NCBI RefSeq assembly: GCF_036321535.1
Contig: NC_087437.1
Location: forward strand, 85,810,001 to 85,874,000
Source: Camelus dromedarius
Lineage: Eukaryota
DNA length: 64,000 nucleotides
Direction of reading: 5' to 3'
This document shows positions 53,617 through 64,000 of the stretch, piece after piece. The notes below the pieces were generated by a model. The model did no database searches. It had not been told where the DNA came from and saw only the letters and a list, made by a program, of their open reading frames with translations. The position numbers and the translations under genes were made by a program. Position 1 is the first letter of the stretch. Each line of letters starts with the position of its first letter.

Positions 53617-54226
53617 TTTGAGTTTATTTTTGTGTATGGTGTAAGGGAGTGTTCTAGCTTCATTGATTTACATGCTGCTGTCCAGTTTTCCCAGCACCAT
53701 TTGCTGAAGAGACTGTCTTTATTCCATTGTATATTCTTGCCTCCTTTGTCGAAGATTAGTTGACCAAAAGTTTGTGGGTTCATTTCTGGGCTCTCTATTC
53801 TGTTCCATTGGTCTATATGTCTGTTTTTGTACCAATACCATGCTGTCTTGATGACTGTAGCTGTATAGTATTGTCTGAAGTCTGGGAGGGTTATTCCTCC
53901 AGCCTCTTTCTTTTTCTTCAGTAATGCTTTGGCAATTCTAGGTCTTTTGTGGTGCCATATAAATTTTATTATGATTTGTTCTAGTTCTGTGAAATATGTC
54001 CTGGGTAATTTGATAGGGATTGCATTAAATCTGTAGATTGCCTGGGCAGTGTGACTATTTTAACAATATTGATTCTTCCAGTCCAAGAGCATGGGATATC
54101 TTTCCATTTTTTAAAGTCTTCTTTAATTTCCTTCATCAATGGTTTACAGTTTTCTGTGTATAATTCTTTCACCTCCTTGGTTAGATTTATTCCTAGGTAT
54201 TTTATTACTTTGGGTGCCATTTTAAA
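53617..54226 (-). mobile_element. Young L1 ORF2 internal fragment, truncated at both ends, within an old L2 relic (about 53100-54750)
   Basis: Reverse complement nearly identical to window 1-237. Peptides [44 protein letters not shown]. No 3' UTR, poly-A or TSD seen. Confidence 0.93.
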
Positions 54227-54859
54227 GAGTTGAAAGTGGAACTTCCCTACTGAAGGTATAAAACGGAAATACATCTCTAGAGTTGAGAAATGGCATCTGG
54301 AGAATGCGAGGTGGAAGACTTCAATGTTGGCAAAAATGAAAATCATGGGTACTAATGAGATTGCTTCCTTGGAAGTGTCTACTGTGAAGAAAAAGGGTCT
54401 GAATTCAGAACTCTCCTTACACCTCCACTGAAAAGACAGACACTGCTCTAGGGCATGCCAACACCAACAAGTGAGCTGGAGACAAATATACAGCAAAACA
54501 GGTGAAGGATTGAGTAAACACTCTAAGTTAGGAGAAGAAATAGAAAAAAAAAAAAAAGATTTTGCCGAGAAGAGAATGGTCTATGAGAATGTGAGTACAA
54601 TGAGGGTAATTACTCTTTTAAGAAGTACACTGTAGTAAAAAGGAAGAGTTAAGATAGCAGCTTGAGTAGGAAAAAGTTAAGAATATGTTTTGTTTGTAGA
54701 AGACAGTCGAAGAAATCTGTAAACTTAGGAGATGGACAGAGAGAAAGCATGAGTTCTGGCACCAATTTTTTTTTAAACTCATTTCCACAGGAACCTTCTT
54801 GATACATTGCTACGTTCTAGTTCTCTTAATAATTCCTGCTTGTCACCTTAAGATATGAA

Positions 54860-56362
54860 GTTTGGGGAGCCAGAGGGGCTGGAGCCACATTACCAAGCTG
54901 GTTTTGCTCCTTCCCAAGTTGTGCGCAGGGAGGCATGTGCTGGCAGCGACTGCCTTTGCCCTGGTCAGAGGCAGGGCTGAGGCCTGAGCTGGCACCATTT
55001 CCTACAAGTATGCAGACTCCTGTTGGCAGTGGCAGCCACTGCCTTAGTGGGAGCATCACTAGAGAAAGAGGGGCTGGAGCAGGAGCCCAGCTCAGCCTGG
55101 GGCACGTGCTGGGGCTGTCCCGGCAAGCTGGCCAGGGCCCCAGGCAGTTTACCATCTGTTGCCTCTGTGCTGTGACTGAGAATATGTGGGAGCCCATGAC
55201 TGGGTTAACAAATTGTAACAGACCCCAGCCACTTGTGTCCTTAAAGAAGAGCAAATGTGCTTAGTAACTGCCTTGCTTGCATAGTTGAGGTTTTATGTAG
55301 TACTCTGCTCCTTGCAAAGCAACGACCCAGGCCCTCAGCTATAAGCACTGGACGTGCCTGCTGTTAGTCTTCTATCCCCAAAGCAAGGAACTGGCTGGGC
55401 TGGCCGTCTGCTTAAACATATCCGTAAGAATGTATCTTGCTCCCCTCTTCCCCAGACTTCCCTAAAGGTAACCTGTAGGCCCCCAAAGGAGCGAGCCTTG
55501 GGCTAGAATGGTAAACAAGTTATAAAAAGCTGCAGACTCAGAGGTGAGAAGGCAGGTTAGCCAGTGACGCGTAAGACCCCCAGAGGGGGCAACCTAAGAC
55601 AGGCACAGCCGCCTGAGTCCAAGAAAAATGTTAAGCAACTTCTTCTCAGACGTTCCGCCCTGATAAGCTGTAAGGCTCGTTGATGGCAACACGAACATGA
55701 CTTACCAAAACGTAAAGGGTCTTCTGACCTTGAGCCAAATTCTACCATCTAGATCCCACCCTGTCTTTCCCTAAATTCCTCCTTTGACTGTACACAATAA
55801 ATGTGGGGGCATTTTGAGAGATTCGTGGAGTTGGCTCCCGACTCCCTCTCGCTCTCTTGACTTTTCCAGAGTCTTGAGTAATTCATTCCATTGCGGTGGG
55901 ACTTCTGCTGGCCAGAACTCACAAATGGTGACAAACCCATAAGAACAAACAAATCTGTGTGTGCACTCTTCAAGAGTGGAGTCCTACTTTCTCACAGGCC
56001 TCCTACTAGCTGGTTTTCAAACTAGCTAAGGGTGCTCATCTTCCCAGCACTGGACTCCATGGCTGGGGCTCCTGATATGTGCTCAAATACCTTGCTCCCT
56101 AGAGAGGATTCCTGAGCCTGTGATCTCCTCCTCCTCTTCTGGGCTCCCCACTAGGGGTGCTGGTCTCAACCATACTGCTTCTCCTCCCTGCCTACCAGAC
56201 TCTGTGTGGATCTTCCCTTACAGCCTTGGTTGTAGAAGAGCCACTCTGCTGAATTCACGGCGATTTCAGTGATAGTTGTTCTCTACGTAGTTGGATTTTT
56301 AATGCGTTCATGAGGGGAGGTGAGCTCAGCACCCTCCTACTCTGCCATCTTGATCCTGCCCC
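54860..56362 (-). mobile_element. Isolated L1 5' UTR, interrupted by an LTR
   Basis: Minus strand begins ggggcaggatcaagatggcagagtaggagg...tgagctcacctcc, homologous to 45159 onward, and resumes left of the LTR (cacagcacagaggcaacag). Confidence 0.8.
55214..55921 (+). mobile_element. ERV LTR
   Basis: Starts tgtaac, AATAAA at 55796-55801, ends ...ctca. caaat on both sides (55209-55213, 55922-55926) may be a TSD. Confidence 0.8.
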
Positions 56363-56364
56363 AA

Positions 56365-56698
56365 GCTGGTGTCTTTATAAAAAGACAGCTGTGTAAAAAT
56401 CAAGAAACACACAGGAAAAGGCCATGTGACAATTGAGAAATACACGGGAAAATGAAGGTAGAGATTGGATGCATGCAGTTGTAAACCAAAGAATACTGAG
56501 GAATGCCTGCAAACCATCAGAAGCTAAGAAGATGCAGGGAAGAAGTCTTCTACAGATTTCAGAGGGAGCATGTCCTGCCAACATCTTGATTTAGGACTTC
56601 TAGCCTCCAGAACTGTGATACAATAAAATTCTGTTGTTTTTACGCATTTTGGATTTGTGGTACTTTGTTAAGGAAGGCAGCCTTAAGAAACTAACACA
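56365..56698 (+). mobile_element. MaLR LTR 3' part (MLT1B/C-like)
   Basis: tttcagagggagcatgtcctgccaacatcttgatttaggacttctagcctccagaactgtga...aaactaacaca. Confidence 0.88.
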
Positions 56699-59600
56699 GA
56701 ACATTTTGAAAAATAAAAAAACACTGGAACTGTCGAGCTTTGTGGTTGCTCTTAACACTGTTTGACATATTAAGAAGTGCACAAAATCAGATTCCTAAGT
56801 TTCAGTTCAAGTAATGCACTTAAATCTAGGGGCTTTCTATGATGGTGTTAAAATAGCTCTTATCAACTGTAGTCACAGAAGATAGCTGAAAACAAATGCA
56901 AACGTTAATCCTGTAAGTTGCTGATTTATAATGACAGTTGAATTTGAAACCAAGCTCTATCGTTTTATATAAGATATGGTATTGTTTTGGAAAAACTAGC
57001 ATCTTGAAAACTAGAAAGAATATATCTGAACATTTGGATGGCATGGAACACTATGATATTTCCCCAGCAGTCAAAGAAGCAAAACCCCTTGTCTCAAAAT
57101 CTTTTCTTCCCTGGTTTTAAAACCTTATCAGAAAAAAATCTTAATGCTCCCCCCACCACTCTACATCTCTCGTTAATTCCAGAGGTATAAGGAGAATCAG
57201 ATGCCAGCATGACCAGGGTAGGATTTGGTGAAATAGTAAGATGTCACCAAGAACAAATGAGTATACACCAAAGTCACCTCAGAATCTGCTAATTTTGCTA
57301 AGAACGTTGTGAGTAATATAAGAAATAAAGAGATGCCCCAGCAGCACATTTGAAAAGGATTTAGTGACTGTTCTCTGTAGCCTATTTCAGCATCGGGGGA
57401 TTCCAAGCTTATGCTGTATACATTCTCAGTTCTTGAAGAAGATACTCACCAACTGGAAAAATTCACACATGTCTACTTTCCTATGAAGAATTATAATGGT
57501 GGAAATAACAAAGATAAAGTCCCTAGAACTCTCTTTCTGCAAAACAAATCAGATGGTATACCACATAACTGGGAAAGTGACAGAGACAAGCGGCACCACT
57601 GAGACTTGAAAGATGAATATATCTTGACTGTTTTACCAAATTAGCTGGCTGGGTGTTTGAAAAGAGAAATAAATTCTTATAAGCTTAATCAGGGAGTGAC
57701 TTCAAATTATAATTACTGTTCCAGATGTGGCCCCATTATCAGAACAATTTAATTCAATTCATGAATCTCCTATATGCTTTAGAAAGATGTGCAAACGAGA
57801 ATGAGTTAGAAACAAATCCCACCAAAAAATACACGTTTCAGTCTGAGGCATATCGGGACATCCACTCCAAACTGAAAAGTAAGTCGCTTCACCTTCACTC
57901 TGTACAATTAAGAAAGACAATATTTCGAAAGCATCTTTGTGGTTTCAAGCAACATAAACTATGGTTGGTGACTCACTGAGATCTGTTTACAGATGTCCTC
58001 AAAACCCGTAGTCTCTGAATCGGATCCCCACCCCATCCAAAAAGGCTCTCTTGTATGTATGATACAGGCTACTGTGAAAGCAGCTCTGTCTTGAGACCCA
58101 GTAAGACTTGATGGAGATCAGTGGTACTCAGGGAACCCTGGTGTGTAAGAAAGCTGTCTGGTGTGCCAGCAAGGACTCTGAAGATTTTGTTGCATGCCTT
58201 TTTTATCAACTAACTTCCCATACTGGCAAAACTGTGTTTGCTTTGCTGAGGAATTCTGATAGAGCCTGAGCAAATTAACCTGACATAATAGGTGACCATT
58301 TAAACAAAGCCTCTAATCATGAACTGAAAGTTACTATATCCATGAAGACATATATTTTAGTAGAAGAATGTCACTTCATTATAAAGTGGAAGTAGTATAT
58401 ATGGAACAAGGCCCAGGCTTATGAAGACAGTATACACAGTTGTCAAGAGAAATTCTCTTGTATTTCCAAGGCATGTATTCCAGCTATAATTCAACTCTCC
58501 ATCAACACAAACTAGCAGATCTATGAGGATTCCCTGTCATTAGTTATCCAAAGGAAAAATAAATAAATAAATGAGATAAATTAAACCTGACGACTCTGCA
58601 CAAAATGCTGGCATCACCCAGATGTGGACTAAAACACTTATCCTACTTGTGGAAGTGCATTTCTTATCTGCCATTCTTCTTTTACCAATACTAACACTAG
58701 ACCAACTAAATACCTTATATGCAATTACAGTATTATATACAGCACTGATTCTAATTAAGCACCTGGAGAGTTGCTTACTTGCAGGAAGAATTAAGTCATT
58801 CTTCTATACCCAAGGTCTCACCATGTACCACATCATACAAAAGTGGCTGACCTCAAGGGAAGGGGGGATGGTGTACTATTACTTTAAATGTCAATAATTA
58901 TAGTGCTATACACAGCACTATACAATCTATATAATTCATTCCTTCTCATATGAAAAGTTTCCTGAGAGAGACAGCATTTTCATATTAATTTTGTATCCCC
59001 AGTACGGTACACAAAATGGATGCTTAACAGAATGCTGATCAAAAATAAATGAATTAAAATTATTTTGTAGATTCAGAAAATCTGATTAAAACCCACAAAA
59101 GAAATAAGATCAGCATAATGAAATGTTCAGAAATGCAAATCTAAGTTGCTTTTTTGAGTTTAACATAAAAATAGTGTTTTGTTGATATGGTTACAGAGTA
59201 CTGGCTGTTTCTTTCAAATAATCAACTATATTTAAAAGCTACAGTTTAACACTTTTCTTTTCAAAGAACTGAGCATTCTGCCCTTATGATGACAAACGCT
59301 TTGTACAACTGAACTATATCCAAGACACCAATTTCATTTTGATAACTGTCTTTCCAACATCATTCGCAAAGCATTTGTATTTACAGCCCTCAAAGAAATG
59401 ATATTCTGGTGAAGAGCAATAATCTGACTATCCTGAACCTGTGAGGTTTTCGGCTTCTACTTTCTTTGCTGTATTTATTTTTGTTTATTTTGATGGATAC
59501 AGATATTATCAGTATGGATAGATTCAGTCAAATCTAAAACCTTTTTTTCTTATTGGTGATTACTAATATACCTTTTTTTTTTTCTTTTTTTTCATTTTCA

Positions 59601-59880
59601 AAGATTAGTAGGGCTGCTATGTGACTACACAACTTTAACTCATCCACTGAAGGAGAACTGAGCAGTTGCAGTCTCTGACCTTCCCATCACATTAGTACAC
59701 ACTGAAAACATATGGAGTGCAAAAAATGAAGCTCAGTCCTTCAACTCCTTACTCAATCACTGTCTGCTAGAAGAAATGTAAACAAATTATTACAACAAGC
59801 ACTGCAAATGAAGTATGCTTAAAAATATTCTGAAAGTACAAAGCTACTTTCTTGAATACAATATAGATTTAATCAACTCA

Positions 59881-60443
59881 TGTTGGGAAGAAAGAAATTT
59901 TCTTCTATCCTTCTAGCTTCCTCTGGCTGGTCTAAGAATTAAATTGACATGAGACAGATTAACAGGAGAAAATCAAACAAAACTGTAATAACATGCACAC
60001 CTGGGAGAGACCCAGGAAGACTGAGTAACTCACCAACGTGGCCAACACCTTTACCTTAAATGCTTCAGGTAAAGACAAATGAGAATGTTGCAGGGAGTTG
60101 TTTGGGACCCCAAAGAGGAGGAAGGCAATTTCCTGGACATGGAAAAGCAAATATTTGGTAAACAGATGTTTGCTGGGCTATGCAGAGACAATGGGACACA
60201 GAGAGGAATTTTAACACATAGACTTTGCTAGGTTCCTCCCTGTCTACACACCTAGATCACACTACAGGTATCTGTGGTGACAGCTCCCTTCCTGGAACAG
60301 GTAGGTCCCCTATCGACATTCTTCAGGCGGTTCTACGGAAGACCACAGTTTCTTCCTGAATCATTGGGGCCTCGACTGTTTTCATCTCAAATAATCTGCA
60401 TGCCAAAAAGACATTTTGCAGTGGCAAATTTTGCTCCCCTACA
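59881..60443 (-). mobile_element. ERV1 solo LTR (MER34-like)
   Basis: TG...CA ends; aattaaattgacatgagacagattaacaggagaaaa and ggcaaattttgctcccctaca motifs. Confidence 0.85.
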
Positions 60444-60946
60444 ATACATCAAATTCTTAAAAATTAAATATGTTATTAGAAAGGAAGCACTTTTTTAATT
60501 GTTATAAAATTTCCAGAAACTAGTCTAGTCTCCAACTTTTAAGGATGCTCAGTGTATTTTTGATGAATAATGAACATGAATGATTATAATAACAACTAAA
60601 TGAAAACTTGAGTCATTTTTATTAACGTTTTACACTTTGAACTGTTTATAAAATTGTTAGAATGCACTATCGAATCTGTAATTTCCACCTTTCTAAGAAT
60701 TTTATTGTAAGTCTGGTCTCATTTAAATTCTGTCATCACTGTTACACCTTTCTTTTTCCTCTGGGTGTCTGATAGAATAATCAACTGGAGTTTTAAAACT
60801 TGAAATGAATCTTGATTTTTATAGTCCACCTATGAAAACAGTATGATTACTGTCAGGTATTTACTTTATCCACTTTTCCTTCCAAGCAATCAATAAGGAA
60901 TTGTTGAGTAGTATTTTAAAATATCCAATCTGTGTGCTGAAGTTAC

Positions 60947-61412
60947 TGTGGGGTCCACAGACATCTGGCAGATTCCTGCTCTAAGGCTCCTTAAGCATCC
61001 AGTTACTGCCCTTTAAGGATAACGAAGAACATTCCTTTTTTAACACCTATCTGCCTCAGCTGAACTAGCTACCCTAGGCAATGATCAGCCTTACAGTGAC
61101 CAGAAGCCTAGCCAACAGGGCCAGTCACAACCCCCTACCAAAATCCCTGGCCCTGCCTTCTCACGACCCTCTCCCTTCCCTGTTAACCACAGTATCAACC
61201 AGAGACTTGTGCACAAGCCAATCATGCACCTTATGACCCCTTGGTACCTAATGTAACCCTCTCTAATAAAAGACCTCAACAACCGACCCCTCTTATCTGT
61301 GACCCACTGTTGCCTATAACAGCGTGTCTAATAATCCCCTTTACTATCTTCCTTCTTTTTCTCTGGTAAATTCCTTTACTGATTGTGTACCAGCCCAACA
61401 AATCCCATGACA
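60947..61412 (+). mobile_element. ERV solo LTR, family not assigned
   Basis: TG...CA ends, 5-bp flanks gttac / gttat, CCAAT (agccaatca near 61217) followed by an AT-rich taataaaa box near 61265. Confidence 0.75.
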
Positions 61413-63183
61413 GTTATGCTAATTAATGTCGAAATAAAATGAATTATTTATAAACAAAAGTTTTAAATTATTTGGATTTTTGAAACATTTAAGGAATTTG
61501 TTTGCTTTGTATGAAGCATGCCAGAACACAAATAAACAATAGTTCATTCCATGGCCTTAATAAATAGGAACAAATCTTCAAAACAGTTTTTTCTGAGGTC
61601 AAAATGCTAAGAACCCTATGGTAATGTTGTTATTATTAGAATTACAAAGAAGTATTATTACATAGGACCTCTAAAATCTAAAACTAATAATTACTCTTCG
61701 TATGTTTTTTATGGTCTGATCCTCAGAAGTCTATAATGCAGTAACAAAATAATTGGTATCAGCCAAAATTTAATACCCTAGCTTTGCGCTGAGTGGTTTA
61801 ATCCATATCATACTTTTAAATGCTATTTCTTAGGAGCAATCCATAATTATTCTTTTCAGTGACATATTTTGTCCATCAGTTGAGTCTTTTAATATCAGAT
61901 ACTCACATTTCCTCCCAGATGGACACAGAATATAGGCTGAGAAAATGTTTTCATTTTCAGACTTGAATCAAAGTATAAATAAAAAACAATTAAAATTGTC
62001 TTAGACAAGTATGTGTATCATTCTCTAATGCATTTATTTTTTTCCATGAAGACATTTTTATTTCCACCTAAATATTCATGATTTGGTGCCTCATATTTCA
62101 TCAAAAAATGAAGAAAAAAATAGTGAGAGTCCAAGCGGTTGCTACTGGTCTTTCTGTTACTAATACTACACTAGTTTAAATAGAAATTCTCTTCTTGTCG
62201 CCTTTCATCAGTTCTACAATGATACTGAATTTTAAATGTTCCAGATCAGTGGTATTTATTACTGAGAAATAAATGTGACTTGCAGGTTGAACATCCTGTT
62301 TTAACTTATACATTAAACTAAAAAGTAACAGCAGATGGAAGTGTTGGAAATGTTTCCACTACATATTTTATTTGAGCAATACATTTATCATTACTGCTTA
62401 CAGCAGAGCTATGAAAATTGAAAGTTTCCCCACAAAAGCAGGTCTCAAAATTTCTCTCGTTTCCTTGACTTTTAAGTAGATCTGCAGTAGACAAAAAATA
62501 AGAAACTATGAATTCTTTTGGTTCTAGTAGTGAAAGGGTCTCATGTTGAGCTGTCAAAAATACTTGACCTTAAATGTACACATGTTGCCTTATAATTTAA
62601 ATTAAGTACTTTGTTTTATGAAATAATATTATTTTACAGATCTTACATAATACCATATTAATATATTTCAAATCAAACTTAAGTGTATAACTTTACTGAA
62701 ATACCTGGTCTCAATCTACACTGATATTTTCAAAGAAGAAATAAAGCATGACTGTAAAGATCAATTGACCCTTTACTCTGAGGAAAGCACCTGCAGACTA
62801 TGACAGAGCTGCAAGTCCCTCACAAAACGGAACTGTAGGCTTTCAGTGTTTGAGTTTCATGTTTATACTGGCAAAGATGAAGCAACTGGTAAATGTGAGC
62901 TGCATAAACCCGAATATACTCTTCAGGACTAAATCTCTTACTCACGCTATTTTTCCAAATTATGTAATTACTACATCAACTACACAGTGACTGTGAACAG
63001 ACTATACTACCTGCTTTCCTGGGTGTGTGGATAGCATTCTGAGGATATCTGGATGTTTTCACATTAGCCTTCTAATAAATTATGAATATAGCCAAACAGA
63101 AAAGAATTAAATGCCTGGTTATAATCAGAATTTCAGAAAAAAAATCAATGAAAAAAGCTAAGTGGGAAAAAAAAAAAAAAAGG

Positions 63184-64000
63184 TGTGCTTAGAAACTCCA
63201 CTTGCCCCTCCAGATCCATTCTCCACTCTGTCACATCTTATCCATACTCCAAGAGGCTGACCTGTTGAAGTATATCATCAGATCTCCTGTGACCTCCCAG
63301 CTGGGGAGGCCGGGGAAATTTTGGAGAAAGGGACGAGAGCAAGGTCAAGGCTTTACTGCTCCTGATTCCCTTCCTTTGAAGCCACGTCAGGCTGGCTGCC
63401 CCCCTTGAAAAGATGACACTACTGCACTCAAGATGGCCTGTTCTACACAATTTCTTCTGGTTCTGAAAACCTCTCCTACCCCACATCACCATTATGCCTG
63501 GGAGGGTAACATTTGCTTCTGTTAGGCAGGTTCTGGGATTCTTCACCAATCTTTGTGGTTTTCTCCAAGACTCTAGCCACTTCTTTTAATTCAGCACTTT
63601 ATACATAAACCATCTTCAAAGTATCCCAACTTGAGTGTGCCATCTATTTTCTTTTCTAATACAGCCATTGATACCAAGAGTGTCCTAAGACACTTGCCCT
63701 TAAAATGGGATTATGGGATTTGGTTGGTTGTATAATCCAGAAGTTCACAGATAACCTCCATTCTGGGGAAAAATAGGACACAAGTAACTTTTGGCATTTT
63801 GTGGCATCATAATTACTCAAATTATTACTGGTGGTAACACTGGATAAAACACAGTTGGAGGAAACAGTTTTGACTCATGGGAATCTGTGGCTATTACTAC
63901 TTATAGGCTCAGAACTGACATAAATTGATTCCTAGAAGTCTACTTACATGCTTCTTGACATATGTAGGGTGATAAATTCTAGATTTGCTGGGAAAAATCT
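63184..64000 (+). mobile_element. ERVL LTR (LTR33-like, to about 63662) with start of internal sequence, running off the window
   Basis: ccctccagatccattctccactct...cttgagtgtgccatct...taataca, followed by ttgataccaagagtg leader and decayed gag-like sequence. Confidence 0.65.

Noticed and set aside
54826..55264. Overlapping 142-aa and 109-aa ORFs
   Set aside because: They lie in a GC-rich L1 5' UTR where stop codons are scarce.
57440..62720. Further AG...GT exon-like pairs (about 57450-57537, 62405-62482, 62705-62752)
   Set aside because: No coherent reading frame or recognisable peptide; their number is compatible with chance in AT-rich DNA.

Overview
AT-rich, CpG-depleted placental-mammal genomic DNA (intronic or intergenic), about half of it transposable-element relics. 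I recognise no protein-coding gene, tRNA, rRNA, CRISPR array or other prokaryotic-type system. The only ORFs with recognisable homology are decayed LINE-1 ORF1/ORF2 pieces. The young L1 3' UTRs, together with the absence of recognisable Alu, BovB/Bov-tA, PRE1, ERE or CanSINE copies, suggest a camelid genome (inference from pattern recognition). The window holds several L1 fragments of different ages (four with readable target-site duplications), about ten ERV/MaLR LTRs, and old L2, MIR and hAT relics. The best-supported oddities are a three-level nested insertion (LTR > L1 > inverted L1, 5.1-6.5 kb), an L1 ORF2 fragment lacking both ends (53.6-54.2 kb), an internally deleted L1 with junction microhomology (45-48 kb) and two tail-to-tail LTRs 4 bp apart (38.8-39.9 kb). 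More speculative are minus-strand splice-signal clusters in unique DNA (6-nt microexon motif, AG|GTGAGT recursive-splice motif, possible terminal exons, a CpG-enriched possible first exon), which may mean the window lies inside a long minus-strand transcript. I found no convincing new biological system. Repeat family names come from memory of consensus sequences, not from a database search, and boundaries of old elements are approximate.
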